The notes under the pieces are model-generated. The model did not search any database. It saw nothing but the letters and a program-made list of their open reading frames with translations, and had not been told where the DNA came from. This document shows, piece after piece, positions 7,947 to 15,286 of a DNA stretch of 32,000 nt (position 1 is the stretch's first letter; each line of letters opens with the position of its first letter). The DNA is from an uncultured archaeon (lineage in GTDB: Archaea; Micrarchaeota; Micrarchaeia; Micrarchaeales; CABMGC01): contig OY969902.1 in assembly GCA_963704435.1 (NCBI GenBank), positions 780,001 to 812,000 on the forward strand. The letters run 5' to 3'. The position numbers and the translations under genes were made by a program.

Positions 7947-8333
7947 ATGATCCGTGATATGATGCCTGAAAAGACGCCTGAGAAGAAGCAGATGTGGAAA
8001 TACGTCAAGATATTGGGAATAGTCGTTCTCGTACTGGGAGTGGCGCTGCTGGGCTATTCGGCCTACACCCTGCTGGCAGGCCCCGCGAGCTACTCGCAGC
8101 ACGCTTTTACCATGAACGCGACCGCGCGCGCGGCTTTCAACGCCACGCGAGCTGCCGCAGGCGCCCGCCTCAACCAGTCGCGATACACGGCAATTGCTGC
8201 AACCGGTGCGTACGGAGCGCGCGGAGGGATGGGCAACGTGCTGTCCGGCATACTCCTGATACTGCTGGGCGCGCTGCTGTTCAAGTACGCGCAGCTCAAG
8301 GAGACCATACGCCTGCACACTTCCAAGAAGTAG
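7947..8333 (+). CDS. Small two-TM membrane protein, unknown function
   Basis: 128 aa from the ATG at 7947. Two hydrophobic helices (ILGIVVLVLGVALLGY and VLSGILLILLGALLF) flank a loop with three N-x-S/T sequons. The upstream part of the ORF-track entry (7533-7946) overlaps the opposite-strand gene and is discounted. Confidence 0.55.
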   Translation: MIRDMMPEKTPEKKQMWKYVKILGIVVLVLGVALLGYSAYTLLAGPASYSQHAFTMNATARAAFNATRAAAGARLNQSRYTAIAATGAYGARGGMGNVLSGILLILLGALLFKYAQLKETIRLHTSKK

Positions 8334-8397
8334 GGCGGAACCCCGACGTGCCATGAGAAGTCTTATATCTTGTGCAGTTCAGGTTTTACCCGATGGC

Positions 8398-8778
8398 ATG
8401 AAGCTGCGGAAGCTCACCCAGGAGGAGAAGCGCGTAATAATCAACAGGGACACCGAGGCGCCCTTCTCAGGCGAGTACGACCGCAATTTCAAGCAGGGGA
8501 CCTATGTCTGCAAGCAGTGCGGAGCCCCTCTCTACAGGTCCGAAGACAAGTTCGACGCCAGATGCGGCTGGCCCAGCTTCGACGACGAGATAAAGGGGGC
8601 CGTGAAGAGGACCCCCGACCCGGATGGCATGAGGGTGGAGATTCAGTGCGCCAGGTGCGGTGCTCACCTGGGCCACGTGTTCTTTGGGGAGATGCTGACT
8701 CCGAAGAACGTCAGGCACTGCGTCAACTCCATATCGCTGCTGTTCATTCCCAAGGGGCGCGTCAAGGATGAGAAGTGA
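8398..8778 (+). CDS. msrB: Peptide-methionine (R)-S-oxide reductase MsrB
   Basis: Zinc CxxC pairs (CKQCGAPL and CARCGAHLGHVF), CGWPSF, and the catalytic RHCVNS motif are present. The ATG at 8398 is preferred because a CTTATATC box lies about 32 nt upstream. The ORF is open from 8353. Confidence 0.9.
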   Translation: MKLRKLTQEEKRVIINRDTEAPFSGEYDRNFKQGTYVCKQCGAPLYRSEDKFDARCGWPSFDDEIKGAVKRTPDPDGMRVEIQCARCGAHLGHVFFGEMLTPKNVRHCVNSISLLFIPKGRVKDEK

Positions 8779-9301
8779 GACCGAAACGATAGTCTTCGGA
8801 GGTGGCTGCTTCTGGTGCACTGAAGCTGTGTTCAAGCTCATCAAGGGGGTCTCCAAGACCGAGCCCGGCTATGCCGGAGGCACAGCGAAAAATCCCACCT
8901 ACGAGCAGGTCTGCTCCGGGAAGACGGGGCACGCCGAGGTCCTGCGAGTGGAGTACGAACCCCAGACGATACCGCTCGGGAAGCTGCTTGAGGTCTTCGT
9001 GGGCATGCACGATCCCACGTCGCTCAACAGGCAGGGCCCAGACACCGGCAACCAGTACCGGTCGATCATACTCTACAGGTCAGATGCGCAGAGGAAGGAG
9101 ATAGAGTCCTTCCTTAAGAAGGCCCAGGCGGATTTCGACAAGCCAATCGTCACCGAGGTCAAGAAGCTCGACGCATTCTATCCCGCCGAGGAGTACCACA
9201 GGGATTACTACCGCAGGAACCCGCTGCAGCCTTACTGCCTGATCGAGATCGGGCCGAAGATAGCCAAAGTCAAGAGGAAGTTCGCCAGCCTTATGAAGTG
9301 A
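8768..9301 (+). CDS. msrA: Peptide-methionine (S)-S-oxide reductase MsrA
   Basis: The catalytic GCFWC motif and the GHAEVLRVEYDP-like and YHRDYY motifs are present. The start overlaps the msrB 3' end by 11 nt. Confidence 0.92.
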   Translation: MRSETETIVFGGGCFWCTEAVFKLIKGVSKTEPGYAGGTAKNPTYEQVCSGKTGHAEVLRVEYEPQTIPLGKLLEVFVGMHDPTSLNRQGPDTGNQYRSIILYRSDAQRKEIESFLKKAQADFDKPIVTEVKKLDAFYPAEEYHRDYYRRNPLQPYCLIEIGPKIAKVKRKFASLMK

Positions 9302-9313
9302 ACACGTGGTCGC

Positions 9314-10372
9314 ATGCGATACCATCTAGAATGCCTTCAGTGCGGTGAGAGGTACGCCAGCGGCTACGACAGGCAGGTGTGCACGAGGTGCGGCGGCATA
9401 CTCGAAGTCACATATGATGGGAAGATCCCTGCAATCAGGGACGCGTCAGGTTTCTGGGACTTCGAGAGAGTGCTGCCCGACTGCAGGTACGCGCGCTATG
9501 AGCTCGGGTCGACCCGGCTCGTCAGGAGCCGCGACCGCGACAACGTATTCCTCAAGCTGGAGCTTGAGAACCCTACTAGGTCCTTCAAGGACCGCGGATC
9601 TGTGGTCGAGGTCGCTAAGGCGCTGGAGTATGGGAAGAAGGAGATAGCGCTAGCCTCAACAGGCAACATGGCGTACTCGGTGGCCTACTATGCGAAGCTG
9701 GCTGGCCTGAAAGTGAAGGCGTTCATAGGCAGGGGAGCCAACAGGGACAAGGTGCAGAATATAAGAGGAGTGGGCGACGCGTCTATGGACTTCGTCAACG
9801 GCGACTTTACCAAGGCGCAGATGCTGGCGATAAAGTACGCGAGGAAATCGGGAGCGTTCCTCGCAGGCGACTACTGCTACAGGAAGGAGGGCCAGAAGAC
9901 CGTCGCGTACGAGATAATCAACCAGCTGCCTAGCGTCACGCACGTCATCGTCCCGGTCGGGAACGCCACGCTGATAAGCGGAGTGTTCAAGGCGCTGAAG
10001 GAGATGGAATCATCAGGCAGGATCGCGAAATTGCCGAAGATAGTCGCAGTCCAGGCAAAGGGCAGCGACCCTCTTGTACGCGCGTTCAAGTCGCGCAAGG
10101 CAATAAAGTACATTACGCCGAAGACGGCGGCGGATGCTATAGCCGTCGGCTTCCCCACCTTTGGAGATCAGGCGTTAGTCGCGCTGCAGGAGACGAAGGG
10201 CACTGCGGTAGCGGTCAGCGACTGGGAGATGGCGCTTGAGCAGCGAGCGTTCTACAAGAATTACGGCCTTATAGCCGAGCCCGCGGGGGTCGCGAGCCTT
10301 GCCGCGCTAAGGAAGATAAGGTTCGGGCCGAGGGACAGGATAGTTGCCGTGATAAGCGGCGGGAACTTCTGA
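9314..10372 (+). CDS. thrC: Threonine synthase (PLP-dependent, short archaeal type with N-terminal zinc ribbon)
   Basis: Zinc ribbon CLQCG...CTRCGG. PLP-lysine motif NPTRSFKDRG. Also ASTGNMAYSVAYYA and a C-terminal ISGGN. Confidence 0.85.
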   Translation: MRYHLECLQCGERYASGYDRQVCTRCGGILEVTYDGKIPAIRDASGFWDFERVLPDCRYARYELGSTRLVRSRDRDNVFLKLELENPTRSFKDRGSVVEVAKALEYGKKEIALASTGNMAYSVAYYAKLAGLKVKAFIGRGANRDKVQNIRGVGDASMDFVNGDFTKAQMLAIKYARKSGAFLAGDYCYRKEGQKTVAYEIINQLPSVTHVIVPVGNATLISGVFKALKEMESSGRIAKLPKIVAVQAKGSDPLVRAFKSRKAIKYITPKTAADAIAVGFPTFGDQALVALQETKGTAVAVSDWEMALEQRAFYKNYGLIAEPAGVASLAALRKIRFGPRDRIVAVISGGNF

Positions 10373-10393
10373 GATCTACATTACAGATCTTTT
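10372..10393. terminator. Hairpin plus T-tract between convergent thrC and GNAT genes
   Basis: AGATCT(10372-10377)-ACATTAC-AGATCT(10385-10390), followed by TTTT. It overlaps both stop codons. Confidence 0.4.
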
Positions 10394-10815
10394 GAAAACC
10401 ATACTTCACGCGAAGGAGCAAATCCAATATGCTCATAGAAGCTTTGTGCATCTTTCATATGGCTTCCTACCGCTACATATATCGTCCTTATTCCTGCCTT
10501 TCTTATCAGATCAATTGCGTGTGTAATTAGTGCTTTTCCTATTCCTGAAGACCTTTGTTCATCCATCACATATAATTCTTCAAAATAGGCCACTCCCTTT
10601 TCTTTTATGTGCTCATACAGTACAAACCAAAGGTACCCTACTAGTTTACTATCCTGTTCTGCAACAAGGATGGTTTGTTTTGCTCTAAAGTTATTTAGGT
10701 TGAGTTCTGACCCATAAAAAGCCTGCTTTTCATCTCCTCTATAAAGGCTATGATATTGTTGAGTTATCTTCTCAATATCCCGGGCTTCGGCCTCTCTTAT
10801 ATCAATATTACTGAT
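10381..10815 (-). CDS. GNAT-family N-acetyltransferase (full-length homology region lacks a canonical start; possible pseudogene)
   Basis: My translation of the frame upstream of the 70-aa track ORF gives ISNIDIREAEARDIEKI...LVAEQDSKLVGYLWFVL...VAYFEELYVMDEQRSSGIGKALITHAI..., which is a complete GNAT fold with the Q/RxxGxG/A acetyl-CoA motif. There is no ATG/GTG/TTG between the in-frame TGA at 10816-10818 and the GTG at 10593. ATC sits where the Met codon is expected. Confidence 0.6.
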   Translation of the reverse strand: MSNIDIREAEARDIEKITQQYHSLYRGDEKQAFYGSELNLNNFRAKQTILVAEQDSKLVGYLWFVLYEHIKEKGVAYFEELYVMDEQRSSGIGKALITHAIDLIRKAGIRTIYVAVGSHMKDAQSFYEHIGFAPSREVWFSKDL

Positions 10816-11100
10816 TCAAACACCTTCAATCTGCCCTTTTATTTTATCGTATATGTGATTGTATATTTTATAAGTAGAGCAGTCTTCGTTTGTTTTAAAA
10901 TTTCCATTCTGTTTGTACTGTTTTCTATCAAACGTGCATGCGCCCTTGCAATACTCTAGCCAGTTGCATCCTTCGCATAACTTCAAAGTGTCGATCTGGT
11001 CACTCATTAGTCTCTTATGCGCACCTGAAGAAAGCAGGTCGTTCATCGCATTTATGTTTCTTATATCAGACGCATCTTTTTCTACTATACACCACCGCAA
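10816..11100 (-). CDS. SPASM-domain C-terminal fragment of a radical SAM enzyme (frameshifted)
   Basis: Contains a perfect CX2CX5CX3C motif (CEGCNWLEYCKGAC). It overlaps the upstream rSAM ORF by 16 nt in another frame. Confidence 0.7.
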   Translation of the reverse strand: MRWCIVEKDASDIRNINAMNDLLSSGAHKRLMSDQIDTLKLCEGCNWLEYCKGACTFDRKQYKQNGNFKTNEDCSTYKIYNHIYDKIKGQIEGV

Positions 11101-11978
11101 GCGCGTGGGAACTTATCACATAGACTTAGCGTATTATCTGGATAGAAGGTAAACGCCGTATTTGCACAAGTCGAATGTCCTATTTGACATATGTTAGATC
11201 CCTTTTTTAGAATAGTTTTGATTATTTCTTCAAATAGAACTATGTGTATGTCCGGATCATCATTGGCATACCATATATCGAAAAGAGCATCTGTAAACCT
11301 CACATATTCTTCCATTGGGTATACGTAGTCCGTTACTTGATTTCCTTTGCTGTCTATTATGGGCTCTTGGGGTAGAAAATCGAAGGTCTTCATCTCATTT
11401 TCAATAAAAAAATCAAATAATTTTTGTGCGCCGAAATTTATCGTATTTTTAGTGATCACTGCTAACGCTCCAAAAGGCACATTCTGCTTCTGCAATATAC
11501 ATATTCCTTCCATTGTTTTGGCGTAACTGTTTCCGTATACCGAAATGCGTTGGGAATTATTTAAAACCTCAGGTCCGTCTATGCTAACTCCGATATTTAC
11601 TTCATTCTTTTTAAAAAAACTAGCCCATTCGTCATCTATCAAAGTGCCATTGGTTTGAATACAATTCCTTATTTTTAGATCGTCGCGTGTCATTTCTTTC
11701 TGGCTAGCTATTAGCTTTTTGAAAGCTTCTTTTCCAAATAATAAGGGTTCGCCACCATGCCATATGAAATCCACACTGTGAATGCCCTTAGAGTTAAAAA
11801 GCATCTGATATAGAAGGTTAACTTGTGCAGGTTGCATCTTCTCGGGCTTAAGCTCTTGGCGTACTTGTAGTCCAGAAACTCCACAGTATTTGCATGCGTT
11901 AGTGCAAGCATTGGTCAGCTTAACAATAACTACGATTCCTGATGATTTCGCCAGCCTAGGCTCGACATTATTTGACAA
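11085..11978 (-). CDS. Radical SAM enzyme, AslB/anSME-like core (N-terminal 297 aa; frameshifted from its SPASM domain)
   Basis: CX3CX2C motif (CTNACKYC), FIWHGGEPLL, IQTNGTLIDDEW and VSIDGP are present. The start is TTG at 11978, and there is no in-frame ATG before the cluster motif. The ORF ends at TAG 11085-11087 immediately after ...LSLCDKFPRACGGV. Confidence 0.8.
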   Translation of the reverse strand: MSNNVEPRLAKSSGIVVIVKLTNACTNACKYCGVSGLQVRQELKPEKMQPAQVNLLYQMLFNSKGIHSVDFIWHGGEPLLFGKEAFKKLIASQKEMTRDDLKIRNCIQTNGTLIDDEWASFFKKNEVNIGVSIDGPEVLNNSQRISVYGNSYAKTMEGICILQKQNVPFGALAVITKNTINFGAQKLFDFFIENEMKTFDFLPQEPIIDSKGNQVTDYVYPMEEYVRFTDALFDIWYANDDPDIHIVLFEEIIKTILKKGSNICQIGHSTCANTAFTFYPDNTLSLCDKFPRACGGV

Positions 11979-12372
11979 AGTGCCCTCTCGGTTTCGCAGT
12001 AAAGCTCAACCTTTGCCACAATAGGTTCAAATCCTTAAGCTGTTAGAAAGTAAGCTATGACCTCTCCAGTCAGTAGTCAATACCGGAGGCGCCTGCAATA
12101 GTGTAGCTACTATTCTACTCCCACCAACCTTTTCATTCCCAACCATTTTACCACAACTATATTTATTGTAGGGTATTATATAAGAGTTTCTGCTGCCTTC
12201 GTCAAAAACAAATCCCCACCTGCTGGAGTTAGGCCAGATTTGACGTAATATTCTCTAAGAGAAAACCCCCTTCTTGTCCTTAGGATAAGTGATAACCCCT
12301 TAGAGGCTGCAGAATGCCTTCCGAACAAGGTTTTTATTACTTGAATCCACATCATATGCATCAGGTGCATCA

Positions 12373-14730
12373 GTGCTCGGCAAATACGACCCCAAGGAGT
12401 CGGAGAAGAGGACCGCGGATTTCTGGGAGAAGAAGGGGGTCTACAAATTTACAGGGACGAAAAGGAGCGAGGTCTATTCCATAGACACTCCCCCGCCCTA
12501 CGTGTCGGGAGCGCTCCATGTGGGCCACGTGTTCTCATACACGCAGGCTGACTTCATAGCGCGCTACAAGAGGATGAGGGGCTACAGCGTCTTCTACCCG
12601 ATGGGCTTCGACAACAACGGCCTGCCCACCGAGCTGAGGGTGGAGAAGGACTTCAACGTCGTCGCATCGCATCTCGGCAGGGAGAAGTTCATAGGCCTAG
12701 TGGAGAAGACGGCAGATGGTTACGAGGAGGGATACCGCAAGGCGTGGAAGTCCATCGGCCTGTCGGTGGACTGGTCCCTCCTGTACAGGACCATAGACAA
12801 GAACGCGCAGAAGGCGTCGCAGCTGTCGTTCATAGACCTCTACGAGATGGGAAGGGTCTACAGGAAGGAGACGCCGACGATGTGGTGTCCCAAAGAGAAG
12901 ACCGCCGTCTCGCAGATGGAGCTGAAGGACAAGAAGGTGAAGTCGAAGTTCGTTTACCTGCGCTTCTCGAAGGACGTCGAGATCGCGACCACGAGGCCCG
13001 AGCTGCTGCCTGCCTGCGTGGCAATCTTCGTGAATCCCGACGATGGCAAGCACAAGAAGCTCATAGGCAAGTCCGTCAAGGTGCCTCTCTTCGGCAACGA
13101 GGTCAAGGTAATAGCAGACAAGAGGGTTGACCCTGCGAAGGGCACCGGAGTCGTTATGTGCTGCACGTTCGGAGACCAGACCGACATAGAGTGGTACAAG
13201 GCATACGACCTGGAACTGCGCATCGCAATGGACAAGGAGGGCAGGATGCTTGTCGGGGAATACAAGGGCATGAAGGCGAAGCAGGCCCGCGAGGCGATCA
13301 TCGAGAAGCTCAGGCAGGGCGGCAACGTCATCAAGGAGGAGGAGATAGAGCACGACGTGAACGCGCACGACAGGTGCGGCACTGAGGTTGAGTTCCTAGT
13401 CACTCCGCAGTGGTACGTGCGGATCCTTGATCTGAAAGAGGAGCTGCTCAGGCGCGGCGAGGAGATCGAGTGGCACCCCGACCACATGAGGCACAGATAT
13501 GCGAACTGGATCACCGGCCTGCAGTGGGACTGGGGAATATCCAGGCAGAGGTTCTTCGGGATCCCGTTTCCGGTTTGGTACTGCGCAAAGTGCGGCGAGA
13601 TAAAGCTGGCGGAGCGGGAGCAGCTGCCTGTGGACCCGCTCGAGGGCAAGCCGAAGGGCAAGTGCGCTAAGTGCGGCTCTTCAGAGTTCAAGCCCGAGGA
13701 GGACATCATGGACACCTGGGCCACGTCATCACTTACCCCACTGATAAACGCGAGGTGGGCCCTTGACGGGAAATACATGAAGACCATATATCCTATGGAT
13801 CTTCGACCCCAGGGCCACGACATAATCTCCACATGGCTCTTCTCGACCATCGTGAAGTGCCAACTGCACACGGGCAAGCTGCCATGGCGCAGCGTCCTCA
13901 TAAACGGCCACGGTCTCGACTCGAAGGGAAGGTCGATGCACAAGTCGATTGGCAATGTAGTCGACGCGAACGAGGCGATGGAGAAGTACAGCGCGGACGC
14001 GCTCAGGTACTGGGCGGCGTCCTCAACTATTGGCGAGGATTCGTCCTTCCAGGAGAAGAACATGGTGAGCGCGCAGCGGCTGGTGAACAAGCTGTGGAAC
14101 GTCGCGAGCTTCATTGAGCAGAACTGCAAGACCTTTGATGGCAAGCATGACAGTGTGGTCGACAGATGGATATCCGCCCGAGCCGCGCTAGTGGCAAAAT
14201 CTGCGACAGACAGCTTAGACAACCTGGATTTTGCATCGGCGAAGAGGGTCGTAGAGGAGTTCTTCTGGTTCTTCGCGGACAACTACCTGGAGTTCGTGAA
14301 GTACAGGATCTACGGGAAGGACGACTCTCCAAACCGCGCGCTCGCGGAGACTTATCTCTCAATATTGAAGATGTTCGCGCCGTTCCTGCCGTTCGTCACC
14401 GAGGAGATATACCAAAAGGTCTTCAAGGGGAAGCTCGACAGCGCAGCATCGATACACCTATCGGAATGGCCGGTTCCTGACCTGGAAGAAATTGACAAGA
14501 AGAGCCTAGAGGAAGGGGACAAGGCGCAGAAGGTCATCGCCTTCGTCAGGAAGTGGAAGCACGACAATTCCATGGCGCTCAATGCAGAACTCCAGGGCCT
14601 GACGATAAGCGAGGATCTGGGAGAACTGAAGGAAGACATAAAGGGCGCTATGAACGTAAAAAGGATATCTGAGGGCAAGGGGAGCCTGCAGGTTCCCGAG
14701 ACCGATATAAAAGTGGAAATGGCGAGATAG
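12373..14730 (+). CDS. valS: Valyl-tRNA synthetase
   Basis: 785 aa. It has PPPYVSGALHVGH (HIGH region), a CP1 editing-domain-like insertion, zinc-like CAKCG...CAKCG, and a KMSKS-loop variant GRSMHKSIGN. The GTG start is forced, because an in-frame TAG lies at 12301 and there is no other start before it. Confidence 0.88.
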   Translation: MLGKYDPKESEKRTADFWEKKGVYKFTGTKRSEVYSIDTPPPYVSGALHVGHVFSYTQADFIARYKRMRGYSVFYPMGFDNNGLPTELRVEKDFNVVASHLGREKFIGLVEKTADGYEEGYRKAWKSIGLSVDWSLLYRTIDKNAQKASQLSFIDLYEMGRVYRKETPTMWCPKEKTAVSQMELKDKKVKSKFVYLRFSKDVEIATTRPELLPACVAIFVNPDDGKHKKLIGKSVKVPLFGNEVKVIADKRVDPAKGTGVVMCCTFGDQTDIEWYKAYDLELRIAMDKEGRMLVGEYKGMKAKQAREAIIEKLRQGGNVIKEEEIEHDVNAHDRCGTEVEFLVTPQWYVRILDLKEELLRRGEEIEWHPDHMRHRYANWITGLQWDWGISRQRFFGIPFPVWYCAKCGEIKLAEREQLPVDPLEGKPKGKCAKCGSSEFKPEEDIMDTWATSSLTPLINARWALDGKYMKTIYPMDLRPQGHDIISTWLFSTIVKCQLHTGKLPWRSVLINGHGLDSKGRSMHKSIGNVVDANEAMEKYSADALRYWAASSTIGEDSSFQEKNMVSAQRLVNKLWNVASFIEQNCKTFDGKHDSVVDRWISARAALVAKSATDSLDNLDFASAKRVVEEFFWFFADNYLEFVKYRIYGKDDSPNRALAETYLSILKMFAPFLPFVTEEIYQKVFKGKLDSAASIHLSEWPVPDLEEIDKKSLEEGDKAQKVIAFVRKWKHDNSMALNAELQGLTISEDLGELKEDIKGAMNVKRISEGKGSLQVPETDIKVEMAR

Positions 14731-14742
14731 CAGGTTTCGCTA

Positions 14743-14958
14743 TCAGATTGCCTGCAGTTCGTACGCCATCTTATGAGCGTAAAGATGCGCCAGGAGCGCG
14801 GTCTTGCTTCCGCAGTCGGCATTGCAGAGCCAGCAGACATACTGCCTCTCCTTCACGGCGGCCTTCGTTACCGATTTCTCCTCAATGACGCAGTGCGCTG
14901 CCTTTTCCCTTCCCCACATAACACAATCAGCCATATATCCCTTCTTATGTTTTGGCAT
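14743..14958 (-). CDS. Small C2H2-type zinc-finger protein
   Basis: YVCWLCNADCGSKTALLAHLYAH matches C-x2-C-x12-H-x3-H with a preceding aromatic residue. An ATG at 14958 gives 71 aa. The ORF stays open to 15117 through AT-rich sequence that contains a TTTTATATTT box (minus, about 15036-15045). Confidence 0.55.
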   Translation of the reverse strand: MPKHKKGYMADCVMWGREKAAHCVIEEKSVTKAAVKERQYVCWLCNADCGSKTALLAHLYAHKMAYELQAI

Positions 14959-15286
14959 TATCTTCAGCTCTTCGCCTGCAGGCGTAAACGCAATGTGCCG
15001 CTTCCCCAACAATACACCACTCCTAATGATGTTAAATATAAAAGGTGCGCGGAGGGATGGGCTACTTGAGAATCGCTTCTCAAAGGTCCACGCACCTAAA
15101 GATTTCCTGTCCTTCAAAGGAGTATTACACTGTCTGCCTATTTAAGAATAGCCTGATTATCTTTGGGAAAGGGTTAACCATACGCTACCAAAATCAGATA
15201 ACTTGCATATTTGTTTATATTCATTTTGTTATAATTAGTAAGCTATAACAAAAGATTAAAGAATAAGGACTATCAGTATATAACAT

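Larger units (their letters stand above)
10373..12372. other. AT-rich islet (putatively acquired, apparently decaying) between thrC and valS
   Basis: Hand counts give 33% GC for 11221-11280 and 25% for 11401-11460, against about 60% in the backbone. The boundaries coincide with the thrC stop and the valS start. All coding capacity is on the minus strand. Confidence 0.6.

Noticed and set aside
10816-12029. The idea that the islet derives from a TGA-recoded genome. Three TGA codons lie in frame between adjacent ORFs: 12027-12029 and 12006-12008 between the 39-aa ORF and the rSAM gene, and 10816-10818 between the SPASM and GNAT ORFs
   Set aside because: For each ORF pair, sharing a frame has a 1-in-3 chance expectation. 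The rSAM N-terminus is already of normal length from its TTG start. The core/SPASM break involves TAG and TAA stops and a true frame change, which recoding cannot explain.
12021-12045. GGTTCAAATCC, a tRNA T-arm-like 11-mer inside the AT-rich islet (possible tRNA 3' remnant or att site)
   Set aside because: The flanking bases give only a 3-bp T-stem. I cannot find a complementary 5' acceptor strand or anticodon arm within 80 nt upstream. It does not match the 3' end of the tRNA-Val in this window, and there is no integrase nearby. It is most likely a chance match or too degraded to call.
12176-12370. 64-aa minus-strand ORF abutting the valS start
   Set aside because: It has no motif. It covers the A/T box (TTTTTATTAC, 12331-12340) that probably serves as the valS promoter. 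It is probably a chance ORF in AT-rich DNA.
12954-14282. 442-aa ORF antisense to valS
   Set aside because: It lies entirely inside a gene with strong ValRS motifs on the other strand. Its sequence is Ser/Leu/Cys/Pro-rich and low in complexity with no motif. This is a typical shadow ORF in GC-rich DNA.
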